Shown piece after piece: positions 14,644 through 28,625 of a DNA stretch of 64,000 nt. Position numbers and translations under genes: made by a program. A model generated the notes under the pieces. It searched no databases and had not been told where the DNA came from. It saw only the letters and a list, made by a program, of their open reading frames with translations. The DNA comes from Flaccisagitta enflata (lineage: Eukaryota): assembly GCA_965153355.1 (NCBI GenBank), contig OZ231126.1:41788001-41852000 (forward strand), given 5' to 3'. Position 1 is the first letter of the stretch; every line of letters starts with the position of its first letter.

Positions 14644-14976
14644 CCGTATTTTCTCTAAAAAGCGCCCCGGGCGCTTTTGAAATTGAAATATGACTTTGCT
14701 TTTTAACCCTCCAAATAGCGCCCCTTTGTATTGAAGATAAACTATTATTCGATCCATCTTTTTCATGAAAGGCAATCAAAATGCTAAATTTGACTTGAAA
14801 TAGAGATATTCATTGCATATATCTGTTAGAAAGTCAGTGAAAATAGCTCCTTGTGTTGTGTTTTTACATCATTTTACTTGGTATTTCTATGCAAATCTTT
14901 TCTGAAGAGTGTGACACTACAAAAAAACAATGGGGGGGCGCTTTTTGGAGGGGGGCGCTTTATGGAGAAAATACGG
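14644..14976. mobile_element. Tc2/pogo-group MITE (TA-CCGTATTTTCTC ... GAGAAAATACGG-TA)
   Basis: CCGTA termini with TA flanks; subterminal GCGCCCC/GGGGCGC repeats. Confidence 0.8.
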
Positions 14977-15577
14977 TAACTATGCAAAAAATAGTGAATC
15001 GTATCGGAAATTGATATCTAGCTATATCTTATAATCGATATATAGCTATCTCTTCTCGTATCTATTGGAGACGAGAATTACCTAGATCGTGCAGTAGATC
15101 GTATCTAGTTTGTAAGACCTATATCGTCAGTGGTTAATCTCCAGGCCTCAAGGCTCAAAGCCTCAAGGCACAAGGCTCAAATCCCAGCCCTGAGGCTCAA
15201 ATCCCAGTCTCAAGGCACAAATCCCATCCATGAAGCTCAAATCTTAGCCTCGAAGCTCAAATCCCAGCTTCGAAGCTCAAATCCAGCCTCGAAGCTCAAA
15301 TCCCACCCTCAAAGCTCAAATCCCAGCCTCGAAGCTCAAATCTCAGCCTTGAAGCTCAAATCCCAACCTCGAAGCTCAAATCCCAGCCTCAAGGCCCTAC
15401 TCCAAGCCTCAAGGCCCCAATTCCAGCCTCCAGGCCCTAATTCGATCCTTGAGGCCCAAATAAACAGCATAGGTCATCGGCCCCTTCGGGGCCGCTGCCC
15501 CTCTAACCACCTCACACCCACATACACTTACATAGGGGCAACGGGTACCGCTGACCATCTAACGCTTTTGCGTCTAT

Positions 15578-15651
<74 letters not shown>

Positions 15652-15674
15652 ACAATTTTATGTTTTAGATTATA

Positions 15675-15820
15675 CAGATATACCCCGCTATAAGGGATCC
15701 AAGAATAACGGAAATCTGCCTATAACGGGTCTACAACTTGGTCCCCTGATGTCAATTTCTTTCAATTTCTATATTGGCAATACCTATGGGAAATCCGCCT
15801 ATAATGGATGAAATTTGCTA
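15675..15820 (+). mobile_element. Truncated pogo/Tigger-like MITE; reference copy for the element split at 3180-3235 / 52671-52810
   Basis: TA-CAG..CCGCTATAA..TAACGGAAA..TTGGTCCC..TTTCTATATTGGCAAT. Confidence 0.55.
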
Positions 15821-16043
15821 CACAAGGAGGGAGAGATGTATACAGAGGCAGACAGACAGAGATAGACAGAAATAAGAGTAGATGGATAGATTGCTACGTT
15901 CACAGATGACAGCTCTACAGATAGATTGATAGATATATGGATAAAGATTGTTGTTGCTTATGTTTTTAGTCGCGTCCACGCGACTCTACGCCCCGCTTCG
16001 TCCGTCCGTCCGTCCATCCGTCACACTTTTACTTTTTTTATCA

Positions 16044-16199
<156 letters not shown>

Positions 16200-16970
16200 C
16201 CAAATCAGGTTTCACAGACCCCAAATCAGGCCACTCAGACCCCAAATTAAGTCTCTCAGACCCCAAATCAGGCCTCGCAGACCCCAAATCAGACCTTTCA
16301 GACCCCAAATTAGACCTCTCAGACCCAATATCAGGCCTTTCAGACCCCAAACCACGCCTCTCAGACCCTAAATCAGACCTTTCAGACCCAAAATCAGGCC
16401 CTTCAAACTAGCTTCTCAAACCAGAGAAAATTGCCCCATGTGGAATCATAGGTCATCGGCCCCTCCGGGGCCGCTGCCCCTCTCATAATCTCGATCCCAC
16501 ATACACTAACTTAGGGGCATCGGGTACCGCTGACCATGTAACGCTTTTGCGACTATTTCTTCTTCTTCTTCTTCTTCTTCTTCTTCTTCTTCTTCTTCTT
16601 CTTCTTCTTCTTCTTCTTCTTCTTCTTCTTCTTTGTTTTCTCTCTTCTTTGTTTTCTCTAGCGACGAAAATAGCGGAAGAACATCGATCCTTGAAATGAC
16701 AAAGAAAGATATTTGGCAGATAATGGTTCATTAGAATCGACCCTGACGAAAATCAAGCGGCAACAATCATCATTTGTTTCCATCTTGAAAAATTCGCTGA
16801 TGACACTAGACCGAGGGCAACTACATTAACAATGAATTTATCAATGAATTGATGTAAAAAAACATACAAGATTACTATGCTAAGAATTATTAATGCGGCT
16901 TCGAAAAATAACCTGTAAAATGTATTTTTTTCCAAATGTAAATATGAATAGCAAGAAAATGACAAGAAAT

Positions 16971-17046
<76 letters not shown>

Positions 17047-18301
17047 GCAACAACAACAACAGAAACAACAACAACAACAGCAACAGCAACAGCAACAACA
17101 ACAACATCAACAACGCGTATCATTTTAGTGGGTCAACCCGGCACTTCATGGAGTTAGTATGCTTGCATTCTCAAATGACCTAAAAACACACTTGGGGAAA
17201 GAGAGGACGTTGCAACTAGTAACGCATTTTCTTTTTAGTTGCGGACACGCAACTCTATAAGAGGCTTTGTCCGTCCGTCCGTCCGTCCGTCGGTCCGTCC
17301 GTCCGTCCGTAACCATCGAGTCGAAAAGTGGGAAAGTGCGCATTTCCGCCCCTGCCCACCCGTCCGCAACTGATGGCCGTGTATCCGGCCTCTTTTTTCG
17401 ATGCTTCCGCTAGGAAAGCATTTCTATAAGAGGTTTAGTCGGTTCATCCATCCATCCATCCGTCCATCCGTCCGTCGGTCCATCTGTCTGTCTATCCATC
17501 TGTTTGTGCATCCCTCCGTAAGACCATCCATCTGTCCGTCCGTCTGTCTTTCCGTCTGTCCATCCGTCCGTCCATCCTTCCGTCCATCCATCCGTCCGTC
17601 CGTCCGTCTGTCCATCTGTCCATCCTTCCGTCCGTCCGTCCCTCCGGCTGTCCGTCTGTCCATCCATCCGTCTGACTTGAAGTAATAAAAAAAGTTAAGT
17701 GCTAGAGACCAACGGACCGATGGACCGACGGACAAACAAAGCGGGTTGTAGAGTCGCGTGCATGTAACTAAAAAGACTTGATCGTCTAGTCATACTAATA
17801 TCCTTCAACCCCTTTTCAATGCCTGTTCGATGTGCCGAGTCAGAACATTTGGAACTGTTTACAGACCCGGCATTTGGTCAACAGGGGGAGGGGGTGGTCG
17901 GAAGGACAGATGGACGGAAGGACTGACGGATGGACGGACGTCTGGAAATTCCCCCCTGGGTCCTACAGGACATCGGCCCTTTGGGGCCGCTGCCCTGAAA
18001 AAAAAATGTAATGGACCGACAAAGCGGGTGCAGTCTTGTAGCATGCGACTAGAAAGTGACATTCTTTAAAATAAGGCCGGATACACGGCTACCCTAGTCG
18101 CGTGTGGGTGGGCAGGAGCAATGCTAGAGAAGGTCACTAGGGCATCTGGGCAGGAGCCGTATGCTTAAAAAGCTCAAAAACGCTGAAAAAGTAAAAAGGG
18201 TACGGACCGACCGACCGACGGACCGACATGGCGGGGTGTAGAGTCGCGTAGCACGTGACTAAAAAGTGTAATTCTTTTGTAGCTTTCTTTCTTTCTTTCC
18301 T

Positions 18302-18373
<72 letters not shown>

Positions 18374-18445
18374 TCGGAATGGTTCTTTGTTTTTCTCCTC
18401 TTCTATTTCTTGCCTTTTGTTTCTCCTACATGGTACGGATACATA

Positions 18446-18876
18446 CACTTTTTTTTTCTTATAAGAGACCAGTTTATAAGAGACATGAGCCTGAGATTTG
18501 CCAAAATTTTAAGAACAGAATAAGAAAATGCCCAGGCTGAGATTCAGTTTTGGCTATTTTCACAAAAAAATTTTTAAAATTTCCTATCTTAAAAATGAAT
18601 TTTATTCAAATTTTTCAGAAATATAGGTTGCTTAATTTTAAAAACAATTTTTTTTTAGTTTCCTTTTGATATCAGACATTATATAAAAATAAACATAATA
18701 ATTATCAAGTTTAAGATACAACTGTTCCAAATAAGGTTATTTATACAATTTTTATATCTATAAACATCAAAAAAAATTAAAAACACTTTAAGAGAATTTC
18801 AGGCTGAAAATGGCCGAAAATTTAAGAACACCCAGGCTGAGTTTATAAAAGCTGTCTCTTATATAAAAAAAAAGTG
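18446..18876. mobile_element. TA-flanked MITE (TA-CACTTTTTT...AAAAAAGTG-TA), copy 1
   Basis: TIRs and TA flanks. Shares AGAGACATGAGCCTGAGATTTG..CCCAGGCTGAG with the copy at 33946. Confidence 0.8.
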
Positions 18877-18878
18877 TA

Positions 18879-19446
18879 GTATGGATGACCGAGGACACGT
18901 TGATCTTTCACATTTGCGGGATTTGGGTTGGATGCATATTCCGGATCGTGTGTAATATTTTCGAATGGCGCACCTTTTTCGAATTTGGCATAAGTTGGCA
19001 CCAAAGTATCTGTTGCCAAATATCAACGCAGTGTCGGATGCTCACACAAACAATACTCGCGGTAGCACGTACAACTTTCACTTATCGCGTGAATTATCTC
19101 GCTTTTCTGACGGCTTTGCCTTTACCGCTATAAGACAATGGAATGACCTGCCTTATAGCATCAAGTCTATCAGTGGATTTCAAGTTTTTAAGCGAAAACT
19201 TAAAGATCATTTGCTTTCGCAGTATGGTTGATTTTTAACGGATATTTTTGACAGATTTTTACGGTCTTGGAACAGTTTTGATTCACGGAGTTTTGAATTT
19301 TTTAACTTCTTATGAATTTACTTTTAAAGGGACCCTGTTGGAAAAAAGTTGATTACGACTTTCACAGGCTATCCCTCGAGGCAAGCAGCTTTACAATCTC
19401 TTTTGTAATTATCTTGTTTCGTAAATAAAATTCATTCATTCATTCA
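18879..19446 (+). mobile_element. 5'-truncated non-LTR retrotransposon (L2/CR1 group, Crack/Daphne-like): ORF2 C-terminus, 3'UTR and tail
   Basis: LRDLGWMHIPDRV*YFRMAHLFRIWHKLAPKYL..HTNNTRGS..FAFTAIRQWNDLPYSIKSISGFQVFKRKLKDHLL, typical of post-RT ORF2 ends. AATAAA at ~19424 followed by (TTCA)n. Confidence 0.88.
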
Positions 19447-19510
19447 CTCCCCTTCTTTCTTTTCTCGTCCATTTGTTCTCCTCAAGGATATGTGCGGTGG
19501 ACCAAAAGTC

Positions 19511-19598
<88 letters not shown>

Positions 19599-19745
19599 CT
19601 CACAAATTCACTAAGTCAACTTAACTTCCAAGGTCCTGATCAACATAGATTCTAAAGTTTTGTTGAATCAAACCTGCAAGCATACATCGACTTTTTTGAA
19701 CCTGGCTAAGCGGCGGGGAATGATTAAACTTTTTCGGAATAAGAA

Positions 19746-19833
<88 letters not shown>

Positions 19834-20001
19834 CAAAATCGTCCTCAAACATACCATGCATTTACCAGTAATGGCGGCTCTCGCCGTCCCGAAAAAATTG
19901 TAAGGTTTTTGTTTCAGTTTGTCTCTGATTTCTTTTGTCTGCCTGCTGGTCTGTTTATTTGTCTGTCTGTTTGTCTGTGTGTGTGTTCATGTGTGTGTTT
20001 A

Positions 20002-20110
<109 letters not shown>

Positions 20111-21901
20111 GTTGCAAAAGCGTTAGATGGTCAGCGGTACCCGTTGCCCCTATGTGAGTAAATGTGGGAAATATAGGTGTGTGATGGTGAGAGGGCCCCG
20201 AAGGAGCCGATGACCTATGCTCTCCCTCCGAAAACCTATGCTCTCCCTCCCCCTCACCCTCCTTCCCTATCCCTCCCTCTCCATCCCCCTCTCCCTCTCT
20301 CTCCCTCCCCCTCTCCCTCTTCCTCCCTCTCCCTCTCTCTCCATCCCCCTCTCACTTTCTTCCTCCTTCCCTCCCTCTCTCCCCCTCTCCCTCCCCCTCT
20401 CCCTCCCCCTCTCCCTTCCTCTCCCTTCCTTATCTCCTTCTCCCTCCCTCCCTCTCTCTCCCTCCCTCCCTCTCTCTCCCTCTCTCCCTTTTGGGCAGCG
20501 GCCACGAAGGGGACGAAGTCCTGTAGAACACAGGGGACTTTCGTTCGTTCGTTTGTCCGTTGGTTCGTCCCCCCCAGGCCCTCTCAGAGCTGAAATCTGC
20601 CCTCTCAGGCCTAAAATCTGCCTTCTCAGGCCTGAAATCTGCCCTCTCAGGCCTTGAATCTGCTCTGTCAGGCCTGAAATTTGCCCTTTTGGGCAGCGGC
20701 CCCAAAGGGCAAAATGTCCTGTAGAACACAGGGGGACTTTTGTTCGTCCGTTCGTGCGTTCGTTCGTGCGTCCCCCTCCAGGCCCTCTCAGGCCTGAAAT
20801 CTACCCTCTCAGACCTGAAATATGCATTTTCAGGCCTTGAATCTGCCCTCTCAGGCTTGAAATCTGCACTCTCAGGCATTGAATCTGCCCTCTCAGGCCT
20901 GAATTTTGCCCTCTCAGGTCTGAAATCCGCCATCTCAGGCCCTCTCAGGCCTTATGTTTCCCCTCCCAGCCTGAGAGGGCAGATTTTAGGCCTGAGAGGG
21001 TAGATTTCAGGCCTGAGAGGGCCTGGGGGAGACGGATGGACAAACAGACAAACAAAAGTCCCCCTGTGTTCTACAGGACATCGTCCCCTTCGGGGCCGCT
21101 GCCCTGCTTCCCCTCACTCCAATTGACAATCAGGCAAAGCAGGGCAACGGGTATCGCTGACCACATATTGCCCTTGGGCAACCTGCTCCTCCCTCTCCCT
21201 CCTTCCCTTTCTCTCCCCCTCCCTCCCTCCCTTACCCTCCCTCTCCTCACTCCCTCTCCCTCCCTCCCTCCCTCCCTCCCTCCCTCTCCTTCCCTCCCTC
21301 TGCCCTCTGCTGAACTGATTTTTGTTGTTACGTAGTGCCAAAAATTGAGATCGATGAAAAATATCGATCTCTGAGAAATATGCGGAAAATGTGAAAAAAT
21401 AAAAAAGATTAAAAAATTCATAGCGCCTAAAGTATTGATCCGACAGTGCCCTGCTTTTTTCCAGAAGGTGTAAAAAAGTGCCCTCTTTCACCCTGTACAA
21501 ATTTCAACCCCAGCCTCTGGCAAGCCTAGTCGTGACTCAACTTTCTCAAAACGCCTCAAGCGAAAATGAAAAAAATTATTCCTAAGCGAAACTCAAAAAA
21601 TCAAAAAACGTTTTTCGATTTTTTTCCCAATGAATGAAACAAGACGTTTATGATGCCTATCTGGGGTAACCATTTACTTCGAAAGATGTTAAGAATATTT
21701 TGTACTGTCTGGGGGGAAATGGATTTGACTTTGTGCTAAAATCCATATCGTCCTTTTGTACGTAAGTTTTTTGCTTGTACAATAAACGCCATTCAATTCC
21801 AATTCAAACATACCGGAAATCATATGCCGGTGCTTTTCTTTTTGCTTTTCTCATCCAAACCCTTTCCTTTACTTCATTACAAGAAAACTACATGCTTAAA
21901 C

Positions 21902-24809
21902 CCCTCACATGCATATCTTCAGCTAGCATGTAAAAAAAAAAAAAATCGTTGAGGGTGGCAAAAAAAAAGTGATTTCTATGTAAAATTGCATCAGGAATCC
22001 ATTTTTGATGTTTTTAGGGCCCTACGAGGGGGCCCCTAGAAACGCACCAAAAAAACAGCCAAAAATAGCCTATTTTGGCTATTTTTGTTGAAAATTTTTT
22101 GCTTGATGAGACCCCAACCCCCAAATTTTTTTGGTGGTAATACTTCTTGATGTAAGAGACTGAAAAAAAAATGATCATGATGGTAAGTGATGGTTGCGGT
22201 ACCTAAAAAGGCCCAAAAAGGGCCCGTAAAACATAGAAATATCACTTTTTTATTCATTGCGCGTCTAAAAATGCTTGGATTCCTACAAAATTTGAAATGG
22301 AACTTCTCATTTTATGCAACAAGCTTCTTGCAAAGTTTTGTGGCCACTTTTGAACAGCTTCATGTTGAAATTATGCTCCAAAAAACAAAATTCGACAAAA
22401 AAAAAACAATTTTTGAGTATTCTTACATGAAAACACTATTTCAAGGTCCCTGAATCCAATTTTTTTTTTGAAAATGGTTAGTCATGCATCTTGAGAGATC
22501 CCAGAAAAAATTTCAGCCGATATTTCCAAAAAATGGCCGAGTTATTACGGTTCAAAATGACCTGGTAAATGAAAAAAAACACAATTTTGTAATTTCAAGG
22601 CTGTAGAACTGAAAAATTTTACTAAAAGTACCTGGAAAATAGACAAATCAAAAAGAAAATGCATGGGGAATCCATTACTGGTGGTTTGGGGGCTCTACAA
22701 GGGGGCCCCTGGAAACGCACCCCAAAAAAAAGCTAAAAATGGCCAATTTTGGCTATTTTTTGAAAAATTTTTTTGTTTAGAGAGACCCAATCCTTCCAAA
22801 TTTTTTTGGGCTATACTTCTTGATGTAAGAGACTGATGGAAAGAGAATCATGATGGTAGATGATGGTTGGGGTACCTAAAAAGGCCCGAAAGGGGCCCGT
22901 AAAACATAAAGATATCATTTTTTTATTCACTGCGCGTCCAAAAATGCTTGGATTCCAAAAAAATTTGAAATGGAGATTCTCATTTTATGTAAAAAGCTTC
23001 CTAAAAAATTTTGAACAGATTCATGGTAAAATTATGCTCAAAAAAACAAAATTCGCCCCAAAATAAGCCAATTTTTTAGTTTTCTCACATGTAGACACTA
23101 TTTCAAGGTCATGGAATCCAATTTTTTGTCGCGTGCACGCGACTCTACAACCCGCTTTGTCCGTCCCTCTGTCCGTCCGTCAGTCCGTTGGTCAAACATT
23201 ATTCTTTTTATTACTTTTAGTTATTCTTAGTCATTTTAGGTCATTTTTAGTCATTCTAAGTCATTCTAAGTTATCGTAAGTCATTGTAAGTCATTTTGAG
23301 TCATTTTACATTATATTAAGTCGCTTATGTCAATTTGGTCAATTTAGTCGTATAAGTCATTTATCATAATTTTATGTCTTTTTAAGTTATTTTCAGTCAT
23401 CTTAAGTCATTTTAAGTCAATTTGAGTCATCATAAGTTATCTATGTCTCGCACGCGACTTATACGTGTTGGCCTTGTTTTTTCTAAATGGTTTCTCATGT
23501 ATCTTAAAGGTCCCAGAAAAAATTTAAGCAGATATTTTTAAGAAATGCTAGTACTGTTAAAAATGACCTGGTTAATTCAATTACCTTGAAATAGTGTCTA
23601 CATGTGAGAAAACTCAAAAATTGGCTTATTTTGGGGCGAATTTTTTTTTAGCATAATTTTACCATGAAGCTGTTCAAAAGTGGCCAAAAAATTTTGCAGG
23701 AAGCTATTTACATGAAATGAGAATTTCCATTTCAAATTTTTTAGGAATTCAAGCATTTTTGGACGCGCAGTGAATAAAAAAAGATATCTTTATGTTTTAC
23801 GGGCCCTTTTTGGGCCTTTTTATATACCCCAACCATCACCTACCATCATGATTCTCTTTCCATCAGTCTCTTACATCAAGAAGTATAGCCCCCAAAAAAT
23901 TAGAAGGATTGGGTCTCTTTAAACAAGAAATTTTTACAAAAAAAAGCCAAAATAGGTCATTTTTAGCTTTTTTTGGGGGGGTGTTTCCAGGGGCCCCCTT
24001 GAAGAGCCCCCAAACCACCAGTAATGGATTCCCAATGCATTTTCTTTTTAATATGTCTATTTTCCAGGTACTTTTAGTATAATTTTTCAGTTCTACAGCC
24101 TTGAAGTTACAAAATTGTGTTTTTTTTTCATTTACCAGGTCATATTGAACCGTAATAACTCGACCACTTTTTGGAAATATCTGCTGAAATTTTTTCCTGG
24201 ATCTCTCAAGATGCATGACTAACCATTTTCAAAAAAAAAATTGGATTCAGGGACCTTGAAATAGTGTTTTCATGTAAGAAAACTAAAAAATTGGTTTTCT
24301 TTTGGTCGAATTTTGTTTTTTTTAACATAATTTCAACATGAAGCTGTTCAAAAGTGGCCACAAAACTTTGCAAGAAGCTTGTTGCATAAAATGAGAAGTT
24401 CCATTTCAAATTTTGTAGGAATCCAAGCATCTTTAGACGCGCAATGAATAAAAAAGTGATATTTCTATGTTTTACGGGCCCTTTTTGGGCCTTTTTAGGT
24501 ACCGCAACCATCACTTAGCATCATGATCATTTTTTTTCGGTCTCTTACATCAAGAAGTATTACCACCAAAAAAATTTGGGGGTTGGGGTCTCATTAAGCA
24601 AAAAATTTTCAACAAAATTAGCCAAAATAAGCTATTTTTGGCTGTTTTTTGTGGTGCGATTCTAGGGGCCCCCTCGTAGGGCCCTAAAAACATCAAAAAT
24701 GGATTCCTGATGCAATTTTACATAGAAATCACTTTTTTTTTGCCACCCTCAACGATTTTTTTTTTCTTACAAGAAATAACGCAGCTAGCTGAAGATATGC
24801 ATGTGAGGG
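21902..24809. mobile_element. ~2.9-kb foldback palindrome with ~1.2-kb arms built from a ~670-bp unit; HINE inserted near the centre
   Basis: CCCTCACATGCATATCTTCAGCTAGC (21902) is inverted at 24784-24809. The same pseudo-ORF MMVAVPKKAQKGPVKH occurs on + (22187) and - (24514), with a unit repeat at 22860. Confidence 0.85.
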
Positions 24810-25236
24810 AAACATAGAAAACTGATGAACATTCGGGGAAGGGAATCATGTTTTTAGTCGCGTGCACGCGACTCTACACCTTGGTCTGTCAGTCGGTCGG
24901 TCGGTCCCGTAACGTTTCTAAATTTTTGACGTTTTTTATCATTTTTCAACATTTTTCAACATTTTTTAGCATTTTTTAGCATTTTTTAACATTTTTTAGC
25001 ATTTTTTAACATTTTTTGACATTTTTGGCATTCTAACATTTTTTAACATTTTTTAACATTTTTTAACATTTCTTACCATTTCTTAACTTTTCATCATTTT
25101 CTAACGTTTTGTTTGTCATTTCCAGACGCACGCGACTGTTGCCCTCTTGGGCTTGCTTTTTAATTAAAATCTGTTTTTGCCTTTCAACAACAACAAAAAC
25201 AATAACAACAACAACAACAACAACAACAACTAAAAG

Positions 25237-25340
<104 letters not shown>

Positions 25341-26364
25341 AAGCAACAACAAACGTTAAAACATCAAGAAAAACAACAAAAAAAAAACAAAAAAAAAACT
25401 ATGTGTTTTAATTCATTTGCCACGGCCAAGTGTTTTCCAATGTAGTGGCGCCAAGTTTTCTTTCCCCTATTTATTTCTTATCCACGCTTATTTCTAGATC
25501 GCGATTTGAATTTCATATCATCACCATCATTGTCGATTTCTGCATCATCGTCTTCATCGTCACTGGAATCAGGCTCAGGTTCATTATAATTTTCAACGAA
25601 CAAGGCCAAGTAGCCATAAGGTGCGACATGTGTATTATCAAACGTTTAATGATCATCCAACCAACTGACCAATTGACACAGACAGTTACATAGAGGTGCT
25701 TTGTCGCACCTAAAAATGGGAATCATCGGTATCACCGTCATCACTATTGTCTAAAGATATAACCGTGGCCTTCATCTTCTTCTTCTACTTCCTTGTCCTC
25801 TTCTTTTAAGTCGCGTGCACGCGACTCTACAACCCGCTTAGTTCGTCCGTCCGTCGGTTGGTCACATTTTACTTCTTTTATGATTTTATTTTCTTTGACC
25901 TCACTGCCTCTGCCCAAATGGTCTAGTGACCTCAAATACAGCCCCCGCCCACCCTTAAATCAGACCTCTCAGACCCCAAATCAGACCTCTCCGACCTCAA
26001 AATAGGCATATCAGACCCTATATCGGGCCTCCCAGACTCTAATTTAGGGCTCTCTGACCCCAAATCAGGCCCCCAACACCCAACTCAGGCCTCTCAGACC
26101 CAACTCTGGCCTCTTAAACGGTCAAACCACAAGTCAGGCCTCTCATACCCTAGTTCAAGCCCCTCAGACCCCCAAATCAGGTCTTTCAGACTCTAACTCA
26201 GGCCTCACAGACCCACCTCAGTCCTCTCATACACTAAATCAAGCCCCTCAGACCTACCAGACCCTATATCAGGCCCGTCCAACCTGCCAGACCTCAAATT
26301 AGACCATACAGACCCCAAAATAGTCTTCACTGAAAATCGTCCTGTGTGGAATCATAGGTCATCT

Positions 26365-27002
26365 TAGTCCAGGTTGTTGAAGAAAGGACTCGGCTTTTCC
26401 GGCACAAAGTATAAAAATTTGGATACTACTATTTTAAGCCATGTAGATCATGACTAGGATAGGTGCACATAAAAGATATTTGAGCACCTATCTTAAAAAT
26501 TCATTGAAGATTTTCAAAAGCATGCCTTTGCCAATACGCTTCAGTGAGGGAAGTAAAATTTTATGAACTAAAAAACATGTATTTTGTACATATGCACACC
26601 AAATTTCAGCTATCTAGCTTTATCAGAACCAGAGATATAGCTGATTTACTTTAAAAATTGCATTTTTTTGGAAAAGGGGCATTTTTGAGAAAAATACATC
26701 CAAAAGTAAATCGGCTATATATGTGCTTCTAGTAAAGCTATAGAGCTGAGATTTGGTATGGACATGTATAAAACACATATTATCTTGCTCATAAAATTTC
26801 ATTGCCCCTAGTCAGACGGTTTGGCGATGGTATGTTTTTTTTTTAATTTCAAATGAATTTTTTAGATAGGTGCTCAAATTTTTTTGACCTGCACTTATCG
26901 TAATCATGATCTACATGAATTTTATTGCTTGTGTGCAAATTTTCAAGCTTTGTGCCAGAAAAACCGAGTTTGCTTAATTTCATGCATCAACAGACTGGAC
27001 TA
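26365..27002. mobile_element. 638-bp palindromic MITE, TAGTCCAG..CTGGACTA termini, 3-bp TSD TCT (Academ-like)
   Basis: Inserted in the HINE motif GGTCATC seen intact at 16451. TCT at 26362-26364 and 27003-27005. Long imperfect inverted arms. Confidence 0.75.
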
Positions 27003-27411
27003 TCTGCGTCTCCCGGGCCGCTGCCCCTCTCACCATCATATCCTTATATAAACTAACTTAGGGGCATCGGGTACCGCTGACCATGTAACGCTTTTGCGAC
27101 TATCATTTTGTTTCTCTTTTCTTCTTCTTCTTCTTCTTCTTGTTCTTCTTCTTCTCCCTCTTCTTCTTCCTCTTCTTCTTCTCTTTCTTCTTCTTCTCTT
27201 CTTCTTCTTCTTCTTCTTCTTCTTCTTCTTCTTCTTCTTCTTCTTCTTCTTCTTCTTTTTCTTCTACTTTTTCTTCTTCTTCCTGTTCTTTTTTTTTTCT
27301 TCTTCTTCTTCTTCTTCTTCTTCTTCTTCTTCTTCTTCTTCTTCTTCTTCTTCTTCTTCTTCTTCTTCTTCTTCTTTTTCTTCTTCTCCTTCTTGTCCTT
27401 CTCAAATACAC

Positions 27412-27759
27412 CTGTGACGATCAGGAAATGTCGACTAGGCAACGATGCGTCCTAACCATGTCCTTCCATGGAGCGAAATTAGCGCTGAATTTGTGTGATA
27501 CATGGGTAGAAAGACTTAGGTGCTGACAGACGAACTGCTGGAATATCTGAAAAAAAGTCAAAGGAGATTCTCAAAAAACGTGTATAGGTCGGTTGATTCG
27601 GTATACAATCTCGCGGTGGCCAAAACCAGCTGATGCGTATTGAACGCACCCATGGACGGACGCATCTAAAAAGCAATGGAAAACCATAAACGCAACACCA
27701 AAAATTTAAAAAAAAAACTTTCATTTTATCCGAGGCTGCTTCAGACAAAATTTTCGTCC

Positions 27760-27849
<90 letters not shown>

Positions 27850-28227
27850 CGCTCGCTCCGTTTATGGGCTTGCTTACTTACTTCGCTCACCCCTCATGAG
27901 ACAGTTTAAATTTCTTAGTATGTGTTCACGCTGTAAACGCGTTTCATAGGAACAAACCCATTTTTACATCTCCACTAGAAACACCCTTTCTCTCACTTTT
28001 AAAAAGAAATTATATGAATCATGTTACAGCAGTTAGGTCTTGGTGATCTTAGAAAACTTTCTTGGCTTTCTGTACCTGATAGTCACGATTTTCAAGTTGC
28101 ATCATTTGATTAAAGTATGAAACGGTTTGGCGCCACAATATCTGATGATTTACTTCAATCTTACAATACAAGAAAGTGAAGAAACAGTAGCATGAATTAT
28201 CATAATGCAAATGATCCACCTGGTAAT
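27412..28227 (-). pseudogene. Two phase-compatible candidate exons (~28227-28076, 27546-27412) with an in-frame TGA; possible membrane-receptor pseudogene fragment
   Basis: ...SCYCFFTFLYCKIEVNHQILW...ENRDYQ|gtacag ... ttttttcAG IFQQFVC...WKDMVRTHRCLVDIS*SSQ|gtgtat. The stop is at 27421-27423. Confidence 0.3.
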
Positions 28228-28249
28228 CTTTAATAGAAAAATGTGAGAT

Positions 28250-28625
28250 TAATACCCGAGCAATACCCGAGCATACCCAAGAAAAACCCAAGAAATACCC
28301 AAGAAATAACCTAGCAATACCCAAGGAATATCCAAGCAATACCCGAGCAATACCCGAGCAATACCCGAGCAATACCCAAATACCCGAGCAATACCCGAGC
28401 ATACCTGAGCGATACCAAAGCAATACTAAAGTAATACCTGGGCATTCCCATGCATACCCAAGTAATACCCAAGAAATACCCTAGCAATACCCGAGCAATA
28501 CCCAAGCAATACCCAAATACCCAAGCAATACCCAAGAAATACCCTAGCAATACCCAAGCAATACCCGAGCAATACCCAAATACCCAAGCAATACCCGAGC
28601 ATACCCAAGCATACCCGAGTATACC
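28250..28625. repeat. 9-11-bp minisatellite (AATACCC(G/A)AGC)n
   Basis: Directly visible tandem array. Confidence 0.95.
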
